From: Eledone cirrhosa
Lineage: Eukaryota
Length of the DNA stretch: 64,000 nt
Assembly: GCA_964016885.1 (NCBI GenBank)
Contig: OZ024740.1
Coordinates: 259,346,001-259,410,000 of the forward strand
Direction: 5' to 3'
Below the pieces are notes generated by a model. That model did not search any database and had not been told where the DNA came from. It saw nothing but the letters and a program-made list of their open reading frames with translations. Positions 53,076 to 64,000 of the stretch are shown here, in pieces. Position 1 is the first letter of the stretch. Each line of letters starts with the position of its first letter. The position numbers and the translations under genes are program-made.

Positions 53076-56000
53076 GATGATTGAAGAGGGAAGATAAGGA
53101 AAACACTCTGGTTAAAAAATAAAATAAATATAGTTTCCATTTATTTAATATCATTGAATATTTACTCCAGGAACTTGTTGAGTGCTCTAAATCAGTTATA
53201 AACATTTATATTTATATTTGTCGGATTTCCAACAAATTAAATACCCCTTCTACTTATAAATAGCTCCTTTAATGTTGAGCACTTTAAATTATAACTGACT
53301 GATAAATAATGGAATTCTTTAGGATTTCTTCTTCTCTAAAAGATGTACCTTTACCTAAGAATAAGGACTATCTTAAACAACTCATTGAGAAATCTGACTC
53401 CTTTATACGAAGACTTAGATGGCATGCCTTCCATTTTGATAGAAAATCAGAGGAAAAAACAAATAAATCCAGTTACAACTTCGATATGATCTTCAAATCC
53501 AAGAAGAATCCACCTAACAACAAACTATTAATGGAATTTGAAAATGAAATAATAACGATTATACAAAACATCAAATTCAAAAAAAAACAATTTGTAGGCC
53601 AGGAATAGCTTAAAGGCCCCAAGAATAATATAGACAATCTTGAAAAAACTGAGAAGATCCTCGTAAAATCTGATAAAACTAACAATCTATACGGAATGCA
53701 AAAGGACAAATATAATAACCTTATATTGAAAGAACTAAGGAAAAACTACAAAATAACAACTAATGAAGATCTTGAAATGTTAAATAGAGAAGCTTCTGAA
53801 ATAATTCATAAATTAGGCATCGAAAATAGGACCGAACCCTTTATACCTAGATGACCAAAAATTAACCTGAAAGACCACAAAAGAAACTTTGAAATAGAAC
53901 TACCAGTCAGACTTATAGCACTATCTAAATCAGACTTAGGCATAGTTAGTAAACATATATTAGATAGAATCATACCGCAACTAAGAAATATCTTACCTAA
54001 AACTATGGAACAGTACTAATGAGGTTATAGATTGGTTCAATAACATAAAATTTAAACATAACAAAAAATTCATTCAAATACTACTCCTCTATTACTCCTA
54101 ATTTACTTAATAAGACTCTTATATATGCATCTAAACATACACATTTATCTAGTGAAGAAATGCATATCATTTTAACTACATGGAAAATTTTAATTGAATT
54201 CAACAATCATCTCTGAACAAGAGTCGATAGAAAAAAATAATTTTGATATTACCATGGGATCATCTGACTCGGCGCAAATAACGGATCTTGTGGGGTTATT
54301 TATTAATAATACACTGCATAGAAAAATACCAGAGATGACTGGTGGTTTATATCGTGATGATATGCTGCTTTTAATTGAAAATCATAGTAATTGTGAAATT
54401 AATAGGAAAAGAAAATCCATAATACAATTCTTCAATAACTACAACCTTAAGTTAGAAATAGGGAATAACTATAAAATCGTTAACTTTTTAGACGTAACAT
54501 TAAACCTTAGCACAGAGCACTACTATCCATTCCATGAAATTAATGAGAATCTAAACTATGTAAGTTTCTAATCATCCTAGATCTATCAAGAACACTATTG
54601 TCAATTGTGTCCAACAACGGATTTCACGAATCTCCGCTAATAAAAACATTTTTGATGATAAGGCTGAATATTATAATGAAGCCTTAAATAGAGCAAGGTA
54701 TATAAATAAGATGAAATACATCGACAACAATAATAAGGCAAATCACCCTACTATATATTGTAATAATAATAAAAAATTTAACTTAAACTCTAAACCAAAC
54801 AAAAGAACTAGAACTAGAAATATTATTTGGTACTCACCCCCATTCTCATTAAGCGTTAAAACACCTTTAGCAAAGCTACTCTTTAAAGCACTAGACAAAT
54901 GTTTTCCTAAAGCCCACAGATACCATTCAATCTTTAACAGATATACTATAAAACTATCCTACTCTACTACTATGAACATAGCACAAAATATAAATAGAAT
55001 TAATAATAGAAACGTAAATTTAAACCCTAACCAAAATAGCAGTAATAATTCTAGCAATATCCAACATAATAGTACCATTCCGAGCAACAACAACTCCGCA
55101 AAATGTAACTGTAGAATTAAATCAAACTGTCCTTTACAAAATAAGTGTTTAGATAATGCACAGTTAAGACTAGTGATAATATATTCAACTAAGTCGGTGC
55201 AACTTCTACAGAATTTAAAATTCGCTGGAATAACCACAATTTTTCTTTCCGAAGATTTGATAAAAAATCTTCAACTTCTCTTTCAAACCTGATATGGAAC
55301 TTAAAATGCAAGAATATAGACTATTCATTAGCTTGGGAAACAGTTTCATAAAGCACCCGCGTACCGAAACTTTATCTAGATTCTGCAAATTGTGTATTGA
55401 GGAAATTTTTTATATACTGTAAAAACTCTATTAATCTAAGAACGAATTTATTTAATTCTTGTAGACATCGCCAGAATTCAACATTCAGAACTATATAAGT
55501 TATCATAATATCTCTAACATTTGCTGTACATCCACTTCTTAAAAATTTTCATATAATATATACGTATATAATTCTAATTTTTTTTTATTTTAATTTTATT
55601 TTTTTATTTCTTTAAAAATTACTTATCTCATAAAAAAATTTTTTTTTTTTATTTTCTCAAAAATTTTTTTTTTTTCAATATTTTTTCAATAATTTTTTCA
55701 ATATATTTTTTCAATATCTTTTCAATATTTTTTCAATATTTTCTCAATATTTTTTCAATAGATTAATAACCACTAACTGATTCTGGCTAAATGTATCTTA
55801 AACATCTATACATATTTTGACTAAATAGTCTCACATTAACAAATAAATAAATAAAACCGGAGTTTTTTTCCTTATCTTCCCTTTTCAATCATATAAATAT
55901 AAATATTCTTACTTAACTAATTTAATTTAATTTTAAATCATTCTCAATTTTAAATACATATTTATTTACATAAAATACAAAACCAATAACTCATTAGAAC

Positions 56001-56553
56001 AACTATCTATAACATGATATACCCATCTATTTATTTATGTATTTATTTATCTACTTATAAACAAATGAAAAATATTATATTATAAGCAAATTTTAAACAA
56101 CTAATAATCGTAAAATATCCTTTTAATATAAATACACATATTATTAAGATATATATTTACATATATACATAGATAATTGTTCGAATATATTTCTCTCAAA
56201 TTAACGTTATATGAGTTTTTTTATTCATCTTTGCTTTTTTCCTTCTTCTCTCTCACTATTTTGTCCTTCTCTTCTCTCTCTGCATAGTCGTTTAAATAAA
56301 CGGTTGTTTTTCAATTATTTACATATTCATTTGCATATTCACCCATAAGTTTGAAAAATCCCTAATACATTTCCACTATCCAGAGAATATCCAACTGATA
56401 AGGTATGATTTTCCTGGGTATGTCTCTATTTATAAAACAAACTTTGTATTTTATTTGAAGAAAGCGTACCAAAGTCTTTTGGTACCCTTGAAATATATAT
56501 AATAAAATAAATATGGTTTTATAAATATAGTTTCCATTTATTTAATATCATTG

Positions 56554-56584
<31 letters not shown>

Positions 56585-56594
56585 TTATGTATGT

Positions 56595-57224
56595 ATATAT
56601 ATATGTATGTATATGTCAGGTCATCAGTTGGTGCTACTGGTAACATGTATCCCAGTACAACCTGTCTCATGGTCGGGTCGTTGGTGACTAAGCTGGCAAC
56701 CCCACCAAGGTTTCTTGGTGAGGAGGGTGACTTTGGACATCCTGCAGGACTAAAAACAAACCCTGTCAAAGAGCAAAGGAGCTCTTAAGAGTCAATGGCC
56801 ATCCAAAATCACTGGGAGAGATGACCCCTTAGCCTTTGTCAAGGCAGAATTCTAGGAGAAGGAAAACTCTGATATAACACCTGCAACGCTGATGGTATCC
56901 AATGATGTTGACTTGTTCTTCTTTTTGGTAAATATCATCTTGGTTAAGAGAGTGGGACTGGCTTTGTGCAGTGCCTTTGCTCACTATAAAAGCTTCACGG
57001 CACAGGCATTGCTTTATATCTGGAGATCTCTCTGCACTTGCCGTCACATGGTACCATGGGCCCAGCACTATGTGTCAATAATTGTCACAAGTGTAGTGTT
57101 TGTACCAGAGTTTTCAAGTCGCTGGCTGGACTAAAAAGTCACACTCGTTCAGCGCATCGGTAGGGGTTCTCCTACATGGATATAAAGTAGTGGCCGTACT
57201 CGAAAACGAGTTGGCAGCCACCAT
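56595..57224 (+). mobile_element. Internally deleted non-autonomous RTE-BovB-like element
   Basis: 57045-57224 closely matches the 3' end of 30714-33720; the 5' part has an RTE-5'UTR-like GGAGAAGGAAAACTCTGA. Confidence 0.7.
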
Positions 57225-57264
57225 GTATATATATATATATATGTGTATATATATATATGTATGT

Positions 57265-57300
<36 letters not shown>

Positions 57301-57322
57301 GTATGTATATATATATGTATGT

Positions 57323-57536
57323 ATAGGAAAAAGTATGACCCCGACGGCAGAGCTCAAGCCGTTTCGACGGCTATTTCTGGACTTAAAAACCTTTTTAGTA
57401 CAGAAATAGCCATCGAAACGGCTTGAGCTCTCCCGTCGGGGTCATACTTTTTCCTATTTCCACTCTACTACCCTAAGTATTGATTACTCTGGTGCGTTAT
57501 GGTCCATCTGGTTCCTTACCACAATTCCTTTGTTAT
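57323..57536 (+). mobile_element. Fold-back HHR-derived element, second copy (palindrome 57323-57457)
   Basis: Homologous to 28864-29070. Confidence 0.7.
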
Positions 57537-57598
57537 GTATGTATATATATGTGTGTGTATATATATATATATATGTATGTGTATATATATATACACAG

Positions 57599-57945
57599 TC
57601 ATCATCATCATCATCATCATCATTTTACGTCCACTTTTCCCTGCTTGCAAGGGTGGGACGGGAACTGATTTTGGCTTGATTTCTACAGCTGGATGCCCTT
57701 CCTAACACCAACCTCATTTACAGTGAGTGCTGGGTGCTTTTTGCCATGGCACCTCCACGACCCCTTTGCAGTGGAATGATAGGGACCCCACTCCCTATCA
57801 TCTCATTTCTACAGCTGAGTAAACTGGAGCAATGTGAAATAAAGTGTCTTGCTCCAGGAAACAACACATCACCCGGTCTGAGAATTGAACTCACAACCTT
57901 TCGATTGCAAGGCCAATGCTCTAACCACTAAGCCATGTGCCTCCA
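57599..57945 (-). mobile_element. Full-length SINE family 2
   Basis: A box TGGCTTAGTGG, B box GAGTTCAATTC, RTE tail and (ATG)n. Confidence 0.9.
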
Positions 57946-57978
57946 GTGTGTATATATATATATGTATATATATATATA

Positions 57979-58650
57979 CAGTGTATCCCCAGCATTCACG
58001 GTCTCAGTTATTCGTGGAATTTCCCTTAGAACCTAACTAATAATTGTTTGTGGAAATCACTACATATTCGCGGAATCGTAAATATCTTCCGTGATGTTTT
58101 TAGGGCTTTCTTCGTGGCAATATGTATTTTTTCACGCTTTTTAACACTATATTATTAATAACAACTAGCAGGTTTACCCGGCGTTGCTCGGGGTTTGAAA
58201 TTATGCTAAGAATATACAGCTAGGAAGTAAAGGAAGAACATTATTTGTCCCCAACCTGTCAAAATAAGCAGAAGTCTTCAATATATTTGGTGAAAAGATT
58301 ATCTCCATGTTTTATAAGGATTATCAATAAAGTTTGTTATCTCCCTTACATCAATTTTTCTACCGATAATTTTGATATCGATTTTTTACTGCTCAATGTG
58401 GGTCGATTTGAAAAATGTTTGTGATGTGACAATCTTATCGACCTGTGCAACGTGCACAGAAAATTTGGTCAAATTCAGTTGGTAATTGTGAAAGCCTTAT
58501 ACATCCTCGCTTTTATATATATAAAGATATGCCGTATTTGCCGGCCTATATTTTACGCTATGTTTTGACGTTTAGAGGCATTTTTAGGGACCACATCCAA
58601 TATTCGCAGTTTTTGACTTTTCATGGGTGCTCTAGGACAACTATATATAG
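57979..58650. mobile_element. Tc1/mariner (Tigger-like) MITE remnant interrupted by a Helitron
   Basis: TA-CAGTGTATCCCC..ATTCACGG start and internal TATTCGCGG-like motifs; right TIR not clear. Confidence 0.45.
58165..58527 (-). mobile_element. Non-autonomous Helitron
   Basis: Minus strand A|TCTTTATATATAT...CCCGAGCAACGCCGGG hairpin...CTAG|T: canonical TC/CTAG ends in an AT target. Confidence 0.8.
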
Positions 58651-58668
58651 TTTTTTCTTGCACATATA

Positions 58669-59920
58669 CGGGAACTGATTTTGGCTTGATTTCTACAGCT
58701 GGATGCCCTTCCTAACACCAACCTCATTTACAGTGAGTGCTGGTTGCTTTTTTCCGTGGCGCCTACACGTCCATTTTACAGTGTGGGCTGGGTGCTTTTT
58801 TGCCATGGCACCTCCACGACCACTTTGCAGTGGGAGGGTGTGGGGGCATATTGTCTATATGCTTCAGCTTCGGCTTGTACCCGTGGGGGGTCGGGTCTTC
58901 TGTATTACTGTGTGACACCAGAGGTCACGGCTGTGTGTCATTGAGAGGTGTAATTGGGTAAGATCGGCTTTTATCGCCTCATCCCAGGTCTTCTTCGGTC
59001 TTCCCACTCCACGGTTTCCATCGACTTCTAGTGCTTTGCACCTTTTTATGCAGCTGTCATCCTTCATACGCATCACATGTCCATACCATCGCAACCGCCT
59101 CTCCTGCGCACAGCATTTGATTCCTCTTACACTCAGTCTCTCTCTCAATTCATTTATGCTTTGCCGTTTGCGTATATTACTATTACACATCCATCGGAGC
59201 ATGCAGGCTTCGTTTCTTTCTAATCTATGTAAGTCTTCTACACACAATGCCCAGGTCTCACTACCATGTAACATTGCTGTTCATATACACGGATCATACA
59301 GTCTGCCTTTCATTTTGAGAGAAAAGCCTTTTGCAGCTAGCAGTGGCAGTAGCTCCCTGAACTTCTTCCATCCTGTTCTTACCCTAGTTATTGTACATTC
59401 CGAACACCCGCCTCCACTGCTAATTTGGTCACCTTGGTAGCAGAAGCTGTCTACTGTTTCTACAGAGCCCTCCCAGAGATTGGTGGTACTTGTTTCCTGT
59501 GGCCGTTTGCTGCTTGCTGTTCCAGCGCAGCTGCTACATGTGAAGCCTACATTCTTAGTTAAGCTTCCTAAGATCCCACTACATCTCTTGTGTACCCATT
59601 GTTTGCATTTGGGGAAGAGAATGGAGTTCCTGCCTACACCTTTCCTACATACTGGGCAAGGCCATTTCCCTGAGGGGATCTGGGTTCTGTTTTCTTGTCT
59701 ACTTACGAGGACCTTAGTCTTTGTCAGGTTGACTTTGAGACCCTTTCTTTCTAGTCCCTGCTTCCAAGTTTGGAATTTCTTCTCTAGTTCTACCATAGAT
59801 TCAGCTATAAGTGCGAGGTCATCCGCATATAGGAGTTCCCATGAGCCTCCGGTCTTAAACTCCTCTGTTATTGCCTGCAAAACTATAATGAACAGGAGAG
59901 GGCTAAGAACAGAGCCCTAG
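58669..59920 (-). mobile_element. RTE family A-related 3' part with PHD-like insert and SINE-shared 3'UTR
   Basis: [35 protein letters not shown]. Confidence 0.9.
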
Positions 59921-60159
59921 ACATATACATATACATACATATATATATGCATTCATATACATACATTCCTTCACCTAGTGGTCATTTCCATGTGCTTCAC
60001 ATGTCTATACTACTTCTTTCCTGCACACCACCTCAGATTACTCTTAAACCCAGCTTCTCCCTCAGCTCATCCAAGCTCTGCATATCTCACACATTGCATA
60101 TTCAATTTAATTTTTTTTACTTTTTAACTTTTTATTGTTACAATTTACTATAGTGACTA

Positions 60160-60378
60160 GGGTTGTGGGTTGACAGTATTGGTAGAGTGTCAGACAATAT
60201 GCTTAGCAAAATATAGTTACAGCCTTTTGCGTTCTGAGTTCATATTCTGACAAGGTTTACTATGCGTTTCATTTTTGTGGAGGTCGATAAAATAAAGTAC
60301 CAGTAATACATTGGGATCGGTTTAATCGATGTTCCTCTTCCCTTCAAATTCCTGCCTTGTGTCAAAAGTAGAAACATT
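60160..60378 (+). mobile_element. Old SINE family 1 copy
   Basis: GGTCGATAAAATAAAGTACCAG and GTAGAAACA tail. Confidence 0.7.
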
Positions 60379-60609
60379 TATTTACAATAATAATTACTAA
60401 AGCAATTCCAAGGAAGATAACTTCATCAATTTATTCACAAGTGACCTCCCTTACACCATATCGTTTCATTTAAAAAGTTTAAATAAATATTAAGTCCTTA
60501 TATTCCACGTGGAACATTGGGCAGCAATAAAAGATATCCATCCCCCGCAGTCTTCTGCTAGAGATTGGTATCCTCCTAGCTCAGCTCTTCCGCATCTAGA
60601 TCCTTCGGG

Positions 60610-63600
60610 ACTCTCTCTTTGACAGGTGCAGTTGTGCAAAGTCAGCTTTTATTACCTCATCCCAGGTCTTCCTATTCTATACCTTCCATCAACTTTAATC
60701 ACCCTACACCCTTTTATACAGCTGTCATCCTTCATATGTATCACATGGCCATACCAATGCAATCTCTTCTCATGCATACGGCATCTGATCCCTCTTATGA
60801 CCAATTTCTCTCTCAATATACATGAACACTTTGCTGTTCATGTATATTACTATTACACATCCATCAGAGCATTCAGACTTCATTTCTTTCCAATCTTTGC
60901 AGGTCCTCTGCACACAGTGTCCAGGTCTCACTACCATGCAACATTGCTGTTTGTATCGTACATTCTTCCCTTCATTTGAAGGAAAAAAAACCTTTTGTAG
61001 CTAGCAGCGGTAGTAGTTCCCTGAACTTTCTCCATCCCATTCTTACTCTGGCTACTGTACTTTTGGAACATCCTCCTCCACTGTTAATTTGGTCACCCAG
61101 GTAACAGAAACTGTTGACTATTTCAATAGAGCCATCTGATGCACAGGTACAGTAAGTAGCAAGTGCCCACAGGATACTAGCGTATCCTGTGGGCACTTGC
61201 TACTTACTGTACCTGTGCATCAGTTGCATATTAAGCCTATGTTCTTCGATAGTCTGTCTGTGATTCCACTACATTTTTATGTACCCATAGCTTGCATTTG
61301 GGACATAGGATGGAATTTCTACCTACTCCTTTCCTGCACACTGAGCAAGGCCATTTCTCTGAGGGGATCTGGGCCATGTTTTCCTTTCTACATACTAGGA
61401 CTTTGATGAGCTAACTAAAGACCTTTTGATTCTAGGCCATGCTTCTAGGTTTGGAATTTCTTCTCTAATTCTGCCATAGATTCAGCTATGAGGGTTAGAT
61501 CCTCTGCATACAGAAGTTCACATGGGCAGCCAGTTTTAAACTCTTCTGTTATAGTCTGTAGGGTAATAATAAACAGGAGAAGGCTGAGGACGGAGTCCTG
61601 ATGAACACCTACCTGCGCACTAAATTCTTCACTATAGTTATTGTTAATTCTAACTTTGCTGACTGTTCCTCTATACATGGCTTGCATAGCTCTCACAAGC
61701 CATTCATCTACTCCTAGTTTTCTAAGAGCCCAACAGATACTGGAACAGGGGACTCTGTCAAAGGCTTTCTCCAAGTCAACAAAAGCTAAGTACAGGGGTT
61801 TACTTTTAGCTAGTTACTTCTCTTGCAGTTGCCTCATGAGGAAGAGAGCATCCATGGTACTTTTGCCTAGCACAAATCTAAACTGCATTTCATCAAGGTT
61901 AACTCAGTCCCTAATCAGCTGTGCAATAATTCTTTCTGTGACCTTTATGACTTGGTCAACCAACTTAATGCCTCTATAGTTTTCTGACTAGAGCATCTCC
62001 TTTGCCCTTGTCGCAGTTGACAATGATGCTGCTATGCCAATCATTGGGTATGATGCTATTTTGTATTACTTGGTTTACAATACAGGTGGCCATGGCATGA
62101 CCCACCATTCCAGATGCTTTCAGCATCTCAGCAACTATCCCCGAAGGTCCAGCTGCTTTGCCTGTCTTCATAACCTTGATTGCCTTACTTACTGTACTCA
62201 ATCTAACTTGCACAGCCAGTCCCTTTGTTGGGTTTATATTGGGCAAACTATCTTCATCCCATTTATTCTTCATATTCAGTTGTTTTTCATAGAGGCCCTT
62301 CCATGCTACCTTCTTTTCAGCATCAGTGAGTACAAGTACTCCGTTATCATCACCGACACACTTCTCCTCAATGACATCACAATCTTCCCTGACACATTGC
62401 TTCACAATCCTGAACACCTCACGCCTTTGGTACTCTCATTGCAGAACATGCTTACATTTCTTATTTTCTGCTTCCCTTCTTACAAAGTACACTTGTTGCC
62501 TAGCTTCTTTTCTAGCCTCCTGGTAGTGTTTTCTATTCCCCACCACTCACCATTCTTTCCATGCCTGTCTTTTGGCCTTAATGTTCTCCTCCACCTTACT
62601 GTTCAACCACCAAATCACTCTCCTTCTCCCTAGAGACCTGCTCCAATCACAGATTTCATTTGTCACCTTCAGTAGGTTATCTTTCAGGTATTCCCACTGC
62701 TCCTCTATATTGTATGTCTCTATTTGCTCTTGCTTACTGTCAAAAGTATCAAGCAACATGCCTTTAAATTTGTTATTGGCTGTGGGATCCTTCAACTTCC
62801 ACATTCTTCTCTACCAGGTTGTCTTCTGTCATTGAGTTCATCTAGCCCTAACTATAAGGTCACTAACTATTAGGTTATGTTGGGAGGTGCATTGTTCACC
62901 AAGGAGAGACATTGTATTTACAACAGTCACTCTATCTCATCTTCTGATAAGGATTAAATCTATCTGGTTGATGTGCTCCACTGATCTGTAGGTGATCGAG
63001 TGATTGTCTCATTTTTTGAAGTTTGTGCTACAGATAGATAGGTTCCCAAAATTCCAAGAGTCTGAAACTTTCTTCATTTCTAGTACCAAACCCATAACCT
63101 CCGTAGATCCCATCAAAGCCATTGCAGTGTTGCCCGACATTCCCATTAAAGTCACCAGCAATGATTATGAAGTCACTGCTGGTTATTTGGGAAGTAGTGT
63201 GCATTAGGGGCTCACAGAACCTGTCTTGTATAACATCTGGTAGACCAGATTGAGATGCATAAGCAGATATAATTGAGATGGTTGTTCTATTTAGAACTAG
63301 TCTAATTTTAATGATTCTGTCATTCACTCTATTTACAATAACCTTATCTACCCATTTTTCTGCTAACATAATCCCTACTCCACCCAGTCCATTGTCATTT
63401 CCCATCCAGAAAAATTTGTAGCATCATTTTTTTGCCCCCAAGGAATCTAGTTGACCCTCCCCTCTATCTAGTCTCTTGTACACAGCATACATCAAGTTTC
63501 TTTCATTCAAGACTCTCTACAATCTCACCTCACCATCCTTTAATTATGCCTGATGGTACTAGCTTGAAGTTATGGAGTTCACTGGAAGGGTGGGGTGAAG

Positions 63601-63660
63601 AAAAGGATGAAAGCTTGGGGAGGGGAGTAGGAGATGAATTTGTGTTGGTTTGGGTTTTCC
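60610..63660 (-). mobile_element. Near full-length decayed RTE family A-related LINE
   Basis: GGVGIML, IISAYA, AGDFNGNVG, GKAAGPSG, EKAFDRVP, LLYAEDL; many frameshifts. Confidence 0.9.
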
Positions 63661-64000
63661 ATGCCTGAAATAAAGAGGAGTGTTTGCATGGCCATCCGGA
63701 GATGGGAGGCGAATTCATATTTGTCTTTAGGAGGGCTCTTGACTCTCCAACTCTGTAGTCCATTTATCATATAAAACAACAACCAGGTCCATAACAATGT
63801 TTTAGGAGGAGTAGAATAAGAAGTAGGTTTTGAGATAGAAATTGGGTTTAGAGCGAAGCATATTTTGCGCTGCTGAATTTTGAATTTTGATTGGTCCAAA
63901 TGGCTATGGTGGTGGTGGGAGGGAAAATGAGGGATGAATGTTGACAGGAGGACTGGAGAGACCCTTTAAAATAAGACCAAGGGGAAAAAAGGAGCTAGAC

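Larger units (their letters stand above)
51678..56553 (+). mobile_element. Near full-length decayed Penelope-like element (probably Hydra-type) with inverted 5' pLTR
   Basis: SLKDVPLP..FIRRLRWHAF, FDITMGSSDSAQITDLVGL, GLYRDD, VNFLDVTL, CNCR..CPL..KC; 51678-52385 plus 53076-53113 is the reverse complement of 55857-56543; 3' end in (TA)n; clade assignment from memory. Confidence 0.9.

Noticed and set aside
57870-57945. tRNA gene
   Set aside because: The A and B boxes belong to a multi-copy SINE head, not a complete tRNA

Overview
Eukaryotic, AT-rich, microsatellite-saturated genomic DNA. The repeat repertoire (RTE and CR1-group LINEs, Penelope-like elements, tRNA-derived SINEs, huge (TA)n/(TACA)n arrays) resembles an octopus or other mollusc genome; this is inference. 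The only host gene I can support is the last four coding exons of an RPUSD3-like mitochondrial pseudouridine-synthase-family gene on the minus strand (48668 to 44126). Its upstream exons were not found and probably lie beyond 64000. Most ORFs in the track are microsatellite artefacts or decayed retroelement fragments. The most striking signal is about a dozen type I hammerhead ribozyme (HHR) motifs found by eye. Some sit in the pseudo-LTRs of Penelope-like elements (PLEs). Others sit in non-coding, terminally redundant or fold-back units of about 556 nt (38133-39436) and about 983 nt (25921-27099) that look like retrozyme-type non-autonomous retroelements, mostly inserted into (TA)n arrays. 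Several of these HHRs have unusual long or branched stems, and some element ends or inversion points coincide with predicted cleavage sites or HHR stem loops. All RNA structures were folded by hand; no computation or database search was run.
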